The translations under genes were made by a program, and so were the position numbers. DNA of 62,509 nucleotides, filler included, from Sandaracinaceae bacterium (GTDB lineage: Bacteria; Myxococcota_A; Polyangia; Polyangiales; JADJQN01): assembly GCA_947483975.1 (NCBI GenBank). It is 9 parts of 9 records of this genome, joined end to end, with 100 filler letters (N's around TTAATTAATTAA, not from the genome) between each part and the next. Parts side by side here need not be neighbours in the genome. Positions count along the whole stretch, not along the records: positions 21,255 to 28,142 come from CANKOL010000287.1; positions 28,243 to 35,062 come from CANKOL010000289.1; 7 more parts are not named here. One strand, given 5' to 3'. The notes under the pieces are model-generated. The model had not been told where the DNA came from. It made no database searches and saw only the letters and a list, made by a program, of their open reading frames with translations. Positions 22,551 through 32,256 of this stretch are shown here, one piece after another (position 1 is the first letter of the stretch; each line of letters begins with the position of its first letter).

Positions 22551-22817
22551 ATGACCGGTCGGCAACGCTACAGTGACTACATCGTCTACGTCGACGAGGC
22601 GGGAGACCACGGGCCGGCGACGCCGGAGTTTCCGGTCTTCGTGCTCGCGTTTTGTTTGTTCCAGAAGCTCGAGTACGCAGACGTCGTGGCCCGCCCCATC
22701 GGCTTGACGGTCGTGCGACCCGGCCAGCCCAACCGTGCGTTCGACCTCCTCTCGGCGAAGCTCCGCAGGTCGCCGGCCGGAGTCCTCACGGGGTGGGCTA
22801 TCCAGCGCCTCCCCTGA
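22551..22817 (+). pseudogene. DUF3800 family (RNase H-like) gene with large in-frame internal deletion
   Basis: GGAGG RBS; YIVYVDEAGDH...FPVFVLAFCLF N-terminal motif joined directly to the C-terminal ADVVARPIG...PNRAFD motif; only 88 aa. Confidence 0.75.
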
Positions 22818-22939
22818 AGAGCTGTCGAAAAATGCCCGATAGCGGCTTACGTCCTCACGCAGACCCTGCGAAATACGGGAGTATTCCTCGGGTCTGCGCT
22901 CCGGGCGCGCTCGCTCTCGGACTATTTTTCTACAGCTCT
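22818..22939. mobile_element. 122-bp MITE-like element flanked by TGA direct repeats
   Basis: Left end AGAGCTGTCGAAAAAT vs reverse complement of right end AGAGCTGTAGAAAAAT (15/16); TGA at 22815-17 and 22940-42; internal hairpin CGCAGACCC/GGGTCTGCG capped by AATAC-GGGA-GTATT. Confidence 0.8.
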
Positions 22940-22949
22940 TGAGCGCCGC

Positions 22950-23010
22950 AAAAAAACAAAACGCCCCGGTCTTCACCGAGGCGCGTTGCCGACCGAGCAT
23001 TCCCAGTCCG
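22950..23010 (-). ncRNA. Candidate DUF3800-associated small structured RNA, convergent with the DUF3800 gene
   Basis: Minus strand folds GACUGGG-AAUG-CUCGGUC and CGCCUCGGU-GAAG-ACCGGGGCG, followed by a U-rich tail; the G-U pairs work only on this strand; TTGACG at 23045-23040 upstream. Confidence 0.6.
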
Positions 23011-23111
23011 TGCTCAGAAGTGGCCCAGAAGACGCACCCCGTCAACCTGCTCGACCGCGCCCCTGCCCCACCGAGCCCGCCTCGCGCGACGCAGCCCACC
23101 GAGCCCACCTC

Positions 23112-23180
23112 GGAGAGCCGATGATGCGCCTCGACGTCACGCTCCCTGGCGCAGCGACGGACACGGTGGCCTTCTGAGTT
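23112..23180 (+). repeat. Direct repeat copy B: orphan 3' tip of an SLT allele
   Basis: GEPMMRLDVTLPGAATDTVAF*; the six differences from copy A in the last 15 codons are all synonymous third-position changes. Confidence 0.92.
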
Positions 23181-23215
23181 GAGGCCCAGCCCGCGCTCCT
23201 GTAGCGTCGCGCGCC

Positions 23216-24064
23216 ATGGAATACGCGACCTCGACGCGCCTTGCGGTTGTCTGTGGAGTAGCGTGCATCTGGTTGTCTGGCTGCGCGTCTCTCGCCAAGG
23301 CCAGCGCCGGGCAGGTGGGTTGCTCCCCGGACGACGTCACCATCGTCGACGACAGCGGCTACTTCAGCTTCGGCGGCCGCTCGTGGGTCGCCGTCTGCCA
23401 CGGTCGCCGCCACCAGTGCTCGGCGATCTCGACGGGTCGTGACAGCTCGCAGATCAACTGCACTGCGGAAGAGGGCGGCACGGCCGGTGGAGAGAGTCCC
23501 TCTGGAGACCGATCGGGAGCGCCACCCCAAGCGAGCGAACCCCGACGCGCAGAGGTCACTGCGACGTTCGCCCCGGCGACGAGCGCGGTCCTCGCGTGCT
23601 TCCCCGGCGCGTCGTCAGTCGAGTTCGACGTGAGCGTCGGGCCCGCGGGCGACATCTACGACTTCCGCACGGCTCGACCGCTCACGGCCGGCGAGCAGCA
23701 GTGCCTCCGGCAGGTGTTCGGGCAAGGCCACGCCCCGCCCGGGCCGTCCGCTGTCGGTCTGCGCCTGCGCTTCCCCGACGAGCAGCCGAGCGCTGCGCCC
23801 GTCGAGTCGAGCCCGCCCGTCGCCTCCCCCGACACGACCGCGCCCCTCCGCGCCTCGCTCGACGCCCAGCGCGACGCGATCCTCGCCTGCGCCGAGCGCC
23901 CGACGGTCGTCGTCACCGCCCGCTGGGACGCGACCGGCACCGTGACCATCGCGCTCGGCGGCGACCTCGCCAACACGCCAGCCGAAGGCTGCGTGCGCAG
24001 CGCCGTCGGCGCGCAACACGTCCCCGCAGGCGCCGCAGGCGAAGCGCGCCACTTCGTGCGCTGA
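23216..24064 (+). CDS. Lipoprotein with Cys-containing N-domain and two AgmX/PglI-like domains
   Basis: Lipobox LSGC; internal AVLAC...QCLRQV domain plus C-terminal domain shared with 21944-22477. Confidence 0.8.
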   Translation: MEYATSTRLAVVCGVACIWLSGCASLAKASAGQVGCSPDDVTIVDDSGYFSFGGRSWVAVCHGRRHQCSAISTGRDSSQINCTAEEGGTAGGESPSGDRSGAPPQASEPRRAEVTATFAPATSAVLACFPGASSVEFDVSVGPAGDIYDFRTARPLTAGEQQCLRQVFGQGHAPPGPSAVGLRLRFPDEQPSAAPVESSPPVASPDTTAPLRASLDAQRDAILACAERPTVVVTARWDATGTVTIALGGDLANTPAEGCVRSAVGAQHVPAGAAGEARHFVR

Positions 24065-24252
24065 CCCAGTTCTTCTCTCATCCCAAGCCGATCGAGCGCC
24101 ACGCGAGCCAAGGCACGCAAGCCCTCCGACGGGAGCGAAACCCCACCTCTTACGCGACCGCCCGAGCCCGCAGCCCTCCGCCCGCCGCCGCCGGCCATGT
24201 GCGGCGGCCGCGCCAGCGCTCAGCTCCACCCGACACGCCTCTGCGACGGTGG

Positions 24253-24300
24253 GCCCTTCCCCGAAACTCCCGCCCCCGAGGGGGCGGGCTGGGGTGGGGG
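24253..24300. repeat. REP-like GC-rich palindrome
   Basis: cccgcccc-cgag-ggggcggg hairpin inside cccttcccc...ctggggtggggg, between convergent genes. Confidence 0.4.
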
Positions 24301-24373
24301 CGCCCCGCCCGAGCAATCGGGCAAAAAAGGCGCAAACCGCCGCTAATTCCTCCCAAAGAAGCGAGCCTCGACC

Positions 24374-25705
24374 TCAAGAAGTCACAGTAGACGCAGGAAT
24401 CCCGCCCCCCCGCCGCAGCGCCCGACAAGGCACCAGCCGCAGCACGACGCCCCGCGCCTCATCCTGCGCCCGCCCCTCGATCGGCCCCGCGCGCAGCGTG
24501 ATCGTCCGCGTCACGTCAGGACACACCGCGCGCTTCAGCCGCACAGTCCACTGCGTCCCAGGCCCCCAGCCGAGCCCGTGCCCCTCGAAGCGGAACGCCC
24601 CGTTCGCGTCGGTGATGACCGTCTCACCGTCGTAGTTCGCCGTCGCCAGGCGCTCGACCAGCACGCCCGCGATCGGGTGATTGTCCGGGCCGACGACGCG
24701 CCCCTCGACCAGATAGCCAAACGCCGGATCAGCGATGGCGATGCGGTGCTGCGCGCTGCCCGACGTCGGCGCGAACGTCACCGCCAGCAGCAGCGCGCTC
24801 GCGAGGGCTGCGACGATGGGGCGGGACGGCGCCCGCGCGACGAGCACCCCGCCGCTCAGCACGAGCACACCACCGACGAGCGCGAGGGCATCCAGCTGCT
24901 CATGCCAGAACAGCCAGCCGATGGCCACCGCGACGAGCGGCTCGAGGTAGGCGAGCACGCTCGCGCGCGCGGCGCCGATCACGCGCAGCCCCGACACGAA
25001 CACGATGCCCGCGAGGGAGCCCGGCACGAGCGCGCCGAGCGCCAGCAGCCCGACGGCGAAGGGCGTGACGTGCACCTCCCCGCGCACCAGCAGCAGCAGC
25101 GGCGCGAGCAGCGCGGCGGCGAAGAGGCTGTGATAGGCCTGCGCGCGCGGGGCGCCGATGCGCTCGGCCAGGCGGCGAATCACGAACACATTGCCCGCGT
25201 AGGCGAACGCGCTGACCGTGCCGAGCCCCGCGCCGATCAGCAGGTCGGGGTCGAGCGTCGCGCTGCGCCACGGCGCGAGCACGAGCGTCAGCCCAGTGAC
25301 GGCGAGGAGCGCCGCGGGGAGCGCGACGGCGACGCGCTGCTTGTCGACGTAGGGGGCGAGCAGCGCGACGAGCACGGGCGCGAGGTAGTGCGTGAGCACG
25401 GCGACGGCGACGGTGGTGCGCGACATCGCGAGGAAGAAGCCCGCGAGGTTCACGGCGTCGAGCAGCGTGTTGGCCGCGAGCAGCTGATAGGTGCGCTTGT
25501 CCCAGCGCGCCTCCATCGGGAACACGCGAATGAGCGGCAGCGTGAAGACGCCGATCAGCAGCATCACGACGGGCGCCGTCACCTCGCCGGGCAGCCCGCC
25601 CGGGCGGAGGAAAAGGCTCCAGGTGCCCCAGCTACCCGCGGCGAGCGCGACCTTGAGCAGCCCAGCGACTGTGCCGGGCTGCGGGCGTGTCGCCTCGCGC
25701 GTCAC
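24374..25705 (-). CDS. EamA/DMT transporter fused to a carboxypeptidase-regulatory-like beta-sandwich domain
   Basis: About ten TM helices with AVLTHYLAPVLV and ASVLAYLEPLVA, then a signal-like helix and VEGRVVGPDNHPIAGVLV...TDANGAFRF. Confidence 0.8.
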   Translation of the reverse strand: MTREATRPQPGTVAGLLKVALAAGSWGTWSLFLRPGGLPGEVTAPVVMLLIGVFTLPLIRVFPMEARWDKRTYQLLAANTLLDAVNLAGFFLAMSRTTVAVAVLTHYLAPVLVALLAPYVDKQRVAVALPAALLAVTGLTLVLAPWRSATLDPDLLIGAGLGTVSAFAYAGNVFVIRRLAERIGAPRAQAYHSLFAAALLAPLLLLVRGEVHVTPFAVGLLALGALVPGSLAGIVFVSGLRVIGAARASVLAYLEPLVAVAIGWLFWHEQLDALALVGGVLVLSGGVLVARAPSRPIVAALASALLLAVTFAPTSGSAQHRIAIADPAFGYLVEGRVVGPDNHPIAGVLVERLATANYDGETVITDANGAFRFEGHGLGWGPGTQWTVRLKRAVCPDVTRTITLRAGPIEGRAQDEARGVVLRLVPCRALRRGGGIPASTVTS

Positions 25706-26892
25706 GGGGTCGGGCGCACCGCGGTCTCCCCGCGCTCGCGCGTCGGGTGCGCCTCGGGTTCGGCGTGCTCGCGACCGGCGCCGTGCTCCCCGGGGCGCGC
25801 CTCGGCGTGCTCCCCCGCGGGCTCTGCGGCGTGCTCGCGACCCGCGCGGCGCTCGCTGACCTCCGCGGCGGCGTGCTGCGGAGTCTGCGCCGTGATGTGC
25901 GAGAGGCCGCTGGCGCCCATCGTCGGCGGGCCCGCCGCGAGGATGTCGGCGACGAGCTGAAAGCTGTGGCGATAGAGGCCTGTGTGCAGGCGCGCGAGGA
26001 AGTCGGGCATATCCTCGACGACGTAGTGCCAGTCGCGGGGACCGGGCTTGACCAGGCGGCGATGATTCACCGTGCGCACGACGATCGAGCGGTCGTCGGT
26101 GGGCAGGTTGTCGACGTTGTGGATGAACGCGTCCGAGTACGGGAAGAACTGCTCGGCGTTCGAGAAATACAGGACGCGCACGGTCTCACCCGCGCGCTTC
26201 GCGACGTCGCCCACGGCGCGCAGCGTGCGCTCGGCGGTGACGTCGCCGTTGAACGTCTGAATGCGCCGCGCGCGATGGAGCGCGCGAATCCGCGCGTACA
26301 TCGCCGCGTCGCCGATCCACGCGACGGCGACGCCGTCGTGCCGCGCGCGCACCATGCGGCGCAGGTACCGCTCGAACCACGCGTGCTGACGGTGGTAGTA
26401 GGCGACGACCTCGTCCTTGCGCGGGTCGTCCGCGAGCTCCGTCGCGATGATGCGCTCGCTCTCGGCGGTGGCCTCCGGCGCGAAGTGCGCGATCAGCGCG
26501 TCGGGCGTCTCCGAGACGGAGATCAGCGCGCGATACATCCGGTGCACGAGCGGGATCTGCGGGTCGTAGTCGACGAGCAAGACGAGGTCGGAGCCCGCCG
26601 CCGCGGCCATCGTGTAGTTCTGATCGGAGCCGACGCCGACGTACGCGCCGCCGAGGCCGTGCAAGAACGGGAAGAGCAGATCGTGCCGCCACTCGTTGCT
26701 CACGGGGAAGTGCCGCGCGGGTCGCGGCGTGCCCTCGTCGGGGATCGTCGCGAGGTCGCGCTGGATGTCCGCGGGCAGCGCGACGGACGGATCCGCGGGG
26801 ACGCGCGACTGCGCGTGCAGGAGCGGCGCGGTGCAGAGGACCGCGAGCGCGGCGGTGAGCGAGAGCGTGAGTCGGACGTTCGTCGGGGTCAT
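25702..26892 (-). CDS. Secreted hypothetical protein (LIC_10091-like, SNE...YVGVGSDQNY motif) with C-terminal EH repeats
   Basis: Signal peptide, HFPVSNE, GGAYVGVGSDQNYT, LYFSNAEQF; tail GREHAAEPAGEHAEARPGEHGAGREHAEPE. Confidence 0.65.
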   Translation of the reverse strand: MTPTNVRLTLSLTAALAVLCTAPLLHAQSRVPADPSVALPADIQRDLATIPDEGTPRPARHFPVSNEWRHDLLFPFLHGLGGAYVGVGSDQNYTMAAAAGSDLVLLVDYDPQIPLVHRMYRALISVSETPDALIAHFAPEATAESERIIATELADDPRKDEVVAYYHRQHAWFERYLRRMVRARHDGVAVAWIGDAAMYARIRALHRARRIQTFNGDVTAERTLRAVGDVAKRAGETVRVLYFSNAEQFFPYSDAFIHNVDNLPTDDRSIVVRTVNHRRLVKPGPRDWHYVVEDMPDFLARLHTGLYRHSFQLVADILAAGPPTMGASGLSHITAQTPQHAAAEVSERRAGREHAAEPAGEHAEARPGEHGAGREHAEPEAHPTRERGETAVRPTP

Positions 26893-26960
26893 CGGGGGCG
26901 CGAGGATACAGGCGCGGTGCGCGGCACGCTATCCGGGGGGCGAGTCGCGCGTCGATGGAC

Positions 26961-28142
26961 TCAGGGAGGCGCGACAGGCTGCGCGGCGGACGGCGCGGCG
27001 GGCTGTGTGGCTGGCTGTGTGGCCGGGCCGGGGAACGGAGCCGAGGCCTGCCCCGACCCGCGCATCGAGCGCACGACCATGTCGAACTTCGAGGCGGGGT
27101 TCCAGAACAGGAAGCCATCGGCGCCCGCTCGCCGAGCGGCGCGGATCTGCCCGGCGATGAAGCGCTCGTCGAAGCGCTCCGCGCCCGTCGCGAACGCCTG
27201 CAAAAACGGGCGAATTACGGGCGCTGGGCCGACTCGCGCGCGCAGGCTCTGCGTCGCGGCGGAGACGAACGACGCGCCGCGGTCGACGTCCCCGCCGGCC
27301 TCCCAGGTGAGGAAGTTGTTGGCGTAGAGCATCGGCGTGTAGACCTCGACGTACGGGGCCCACTCCTCCGCCGACTGACCGAGCCCGGCGGTGTCCCCGA
27401 CGCGCAGCGCGCTGATGCCGAAGAGGTCGACACCGAGCGGCACCTGCACCGCCTCGTCGACCAGGCGCAGCATCGCCACGAGGTACTCCCAGTGCCGCGC
27501 GCCCGCGCGCTCGCGCGGAAAGACCGCGTAGTCAGTGCCGCGGTCGACCGGGAAGCGCACGTAGTCGAGCTGCACCTCGTCGAAGCCGAAGGCGGCGACC
27601 TCCACGGCGAGGTCGCGCACGAGCGCGTGATTGTCTGGGTTCGTCGGGTCGAGCCAGGTCGTGCCGGTGCCCCACGACACCCACGGTCGGCGCGCGCGGC
27701 CGGGCCTGCGGTCGAGGACGGCGCGGTCGAGGTGCGCGAGCGGCACGACGGAGTCGTTGAAGCAGACGAGGCGCGCGATGGTGTAGACGCCCTCGGACTT
27801 CAGGCGGGTGACGAGCGCGCGCACGTCCCCGAGCATCGGCACGCGCGACGCGGCGAGGACCGGCACCTGCGAGTCGAAGAGCACGCGCCCTTGGTCGTCC
27901 TTGAGGTCGATCACGGCGGCGTCGAGGTTCGCGCGGCGGAGCGCCCGCACCACGCCCTCGGCGCCGAAGCGCTTGACGTAGGGCCCCGAGAAGTAGAGCC
28001 CGCGCGCCGCCCGCCCCTGGGCCGAGACGGGGTCTTCGAGCGAAGGGGGCGGAGGCGCCGGCGCGGGCGCAGCGTCGAGCGGAGGCGAGACGGTCGGCGG
28101 CGCAGGCGCGTCGAGAGGCGCGCGAGGCGGGTGGGCTGGAGC
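26961..28142 (-). CDS. Putative glycoside hydrolase (DUF4015-like), 5' truncated
   Basis: ARGLYFS, AVIDLKDDQG, YTIARLVCFND, WLDP, GFDEVQLDYVRFP, PMLY, RPFLQAF, FLFWNP. Confidence 0.85.
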   Translation of the reverse strand, partial: APAHPPRAPLDAPAPPTVSPPLDAAPAPAPPPPSLEDPVSAQGRAARGLYFSGPYVKRFGAEGVVRALRRANLDAAVIDLKDDQGRVLFDSQVPVLAASRVPMLGDVRALVTRLKSEGVYTIARLVCFNDSVVPLAHLDRAVLDRRPGRARRPWVSWGTGTTWLDPTNPDNHALVRDLAVEVAAFGFDEVQLDYVRFPVDRGTDYAVFPRERAGARHWEYLVAMLRLVDEAVQVPLGVDLFGISALRVGDTAGLGQSAEEWAPYVEVYTPMLYANNFLTWEAGGDVDRGASFVSAATQSLRARVGPAPVIRPFLQAFATGAERFDERFIAGQIRAARRAGADGFLFWNPASKFDMVVRSMRGSGQASAPFPGPATQPATQPAAPSAAQPVAPP

Positions 28143-28242
28143 NNNNNNNNNNNNNNNNNNNNNNNNNNNNNNNNNNNNNNNNNNNNTTAATTAATTAANN
28201 NNNNNNNNNNNNNNNNNNNNNNNNNNNNNNNNNNNNNNNNNN

Positions 28243-30144
<1,902 letters not shown>

Positions 30145-30157
30145 GAGGGCGCGCCCC

Positions 30158-31495
30158 ATGACGATCATGAAGACCCGCAAAGATCCCCAGATCTTCATCG
30201 ACTGGTTTCGCCACTCGGCGCCGTACATTCACGCGCACCGCGGGCGCACCTTCGTCATCACCTTCGGCGGCGAGGCGGTCGCGGACGAGGCGGGCTTTCG
30301 CAGCGTGATCAGCGACGTCGCGCTGCTGCACAGCCTCGGCGTGCGGCTCGTGCTCGTGCACGGCGCGCGCCCGCAGATCGCCGAGCAGCTCGCGCAGCGC
30401 GGGGAAGAGCCGCGCGTCGAGAAGGGCATCCCGGTCACGAACAAGCTCGCGCTGCTCTCCGTGAAGGAAGCGGTCGGCATGGTGCGCGTCGAGATCGAGT
30501 CGCTGCTCTCGACGGGCGTCGCGAACTCGCCGATGGAGGGCGCGCGCCTGCACGTCGACAGCGGCAACTTCGTCACGGCGATGCCGCTCGGCGTGCGCGA
30601 CGGGGTCGACTACGAGTCGACGGGCGAGGTGCGGCGCATCGACGCCGACGCCATCCGCGCGCGCCTCGACGCAGGCGCGATCGTCCTGCTCTCGCCGCTC
30701 GGCTACTCGGTCACCGGCGAGACGTTCCGCATCCCGCCCGACGAGGTCGCGCGCGCCGCGGCCGTCGCGCTCAAGGCGGACAAGCTCGTCTGCCTCGTCG
30801 AGGGCAAGGGCGTCGTCGACGCGAGCCGCCGCCCGGTGCATCAGCTGACGCCGACGGACGCCGAGACGCTCGCCCGCAAGCGCAAGCGCTGGCTCTCCGA
30901 GGACGTGCGCTCGCACCTGCACGCCGCGGCGTCCTCGTGCGCGAACGGCGTGCGTCGCGCGCACCTCGTCAGCCGCACCACGCCGGGCGCGCTCCTGCTC
31001 GAGCTGTTCACACGGGACGGCATCGGCACGATGGTCACGAGCGAGACGTACGAGGGCACGCGCCCCGCGACGCTCGCGGACGTCGGCGGCATCGTCAGCC
31101 TGATCCGCCCGCTCGAGGACGCCGGCGTGCTCGTGCGCCGCCCGCGCAAGCAGCTCGAGATGGACATCGAGCGCTTCACCGTCGTCGAGCGCGACGGGAT
31201 GATCATCGCGTGCGCCGCGCTCTATCGCCCGTGGGAGGAGCGCGTCGCGGAGCTCGCGTGCGTCGCGGTGCACCCCGAGTACCGGCGCACGGGGCGCGGC
31301 GATGCGCTCCTCGACTACATGGAGCAGCGCGCGACGGCGCTCGGCATCACGCGCGTCTTCGTGCTGACGACGCACGCCTCGCACTGGTTCGTCGAGCGCG
31401 GCTTCGACAAGGCGACGGTCGATGATCTGCCCGTGCCGAAGCGGCAGCTCTACAACCAGAAGCGCAACAGCAAGGTGCTGATCAAGACGCTCTGA
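30158..31495 (+). CDS. argA: Amino-acid N-acetyltransferase (AAK + GNAT two-domain N-acetylglutamate synthase)
   Basis: WFRHSAPYIHAHRGRTFV, LELFTRDGIGT, LFVLTT-like VFVLTTHASHWFVERGF, YNQKRNSKV. Confidence 0.95.
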   Translation: MTIMKTRKDPQIFIDWFRHSAPYIHAHRGRTFVITFGGEAVADEAGFRSVISDVALLHSLGVRLVLVHGARPQIAEQLAQRGEEPRVEKGIPVTNKLALLSVKEAVGMVRVEIESLLSTGVANSPMEGARLHVDSGNFVTAMPLGVRDGVDYESTGEVRRIDADAIRARLDAGAIVLLSPLGYSVTGETFRIPPDEVARAAAVALKADKLVCLVEGKGVVDASRRPVHQLTPTDAETLARKRKRWLSEDVRSHLHAAASSCANGVRRAHLVSRTTPGALLLELFTRDGIGTMVTSETYEGTRPATLADVGGIVSLIRPLEDAGVLVRRPRKQLEMDIERFTVVERDGMIIACAALYRPWEERVAELACVAVHPEYRRTGRGDALLDYMEQRATALGITRVFVLTTHASHWFVERGFDKATVDDLPVPKRQLYNQKRNSKVLIKTL

Positions 31496-31504
31496 GCGCC
31501 GTTC

Positions 31505-31543
31505 TTGAACACAGGTCAGTAGCGTTGAACGGCGGTCAACGCT
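31505..31543. promoter_or_regulatory. Tandem palindromic operator candidate upstream of the TetR gene
   Basis: TTGAACACAGGTCAG (31505) and TTGAACGGCGGTCAA (31525), 20 bp apart; the second sits in AGCGTTGA-N7-TCAACGCT. Confidence 0.5.
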
Positions 31544-31562
31544 GGGCTACCTTCGCGCGCCC

Positions 31563-32240
31563 ATGACGCCATCGACCTCTCGGACGCGGCTCGGACTCGA
31601 CCAGCGTCGGGCCCAGCTGATCGAGCTCGGGCGAGCGCTCTTCAACGCGCGCGCCTACGACGAGATCTCGATCGACGACATCGCCGAAGCGGCCGGGATC
31701 AGCAAGGGGCTGCTCTATCACTACTTCCCGAGCAAGCGCAGCTTCTACGTCGCGACCGTGCGCGCGGGCGCCGCGCAGCTGACGGCGCTCACGGAGGAGG
31801 CGGAGGGCTTCCCCGTCGCCGAGCGGCTCGTCCGCGGGCTCGACGCGTACATCGCCTACGTCGACGCGAACGCGTCGAGCTACGCGACGCTCCTGCGCAG
31901 CGGCATCGGCTCGGACGCGGAGGTCACGGGCATCGTCGAGGAGACGCGGCGCGTGCTGATCGGGCAGATCGCGCGCGGCCTCGGGAGCACGCCCCCGACG
32001 CCCGCCGTGAGCCTCGCGCTGCGGGCCTGGATCGGCTTCGTCGAGGGCGCGAGCCTCGAGTGGATCGATCACCGCGGAGTGTCGCGCGACGACCTGCGCA
32101 CGCTGCTGATCACCGCGCTGCAGTCGGCCGTCGCGTCCGCCTCCGGGCTCGAGGCCCACGCGAGCAAGCAGCCCCGCGCGACGCGTCGAGCGCACGCCCC
32201 GACCGGCGCGCGGCGCACGACGGTCCACGGGCGCCGCTGA
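31563..32240 (+). CDS. TetR/AcrR family transcriptional regulator
   Basis: RRAQLIELG..LF...YDEISIDDIAEAAGISKGLLYHYFPSK. Confidence 0.93.
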   Translation: MTPSTSRTRLGLDQRRAQLIELGRALFNARAYDEISIDDIAEAAGISKGLLYHYFPSKRSFYVATVRAGAAQLTALTEEAEGFPVAERLVRGLDAYIAYVDANASSYATLLRSGIGSDAEVTGIVEETRRVLIGQIARGLGSTPPTPAVSLALRAWIGFVEGASLEWIDHRGVSRDDLRTLLITALQSAVASASGLEAHASKQPRATRRAHAPTGARRTTVHGRR

Positions 32241-32256
32241 GCGAGCCCTGGCGCGC

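Noticed and set aside
21890..23185. Integron attC interpretation of the TGA-GTT ends
   Set aside because: No RYYYAAC/GTTRRRY inverted cores or attC-like palindrome, and no integron integrase; the repeat is protein-coding SLT sequence
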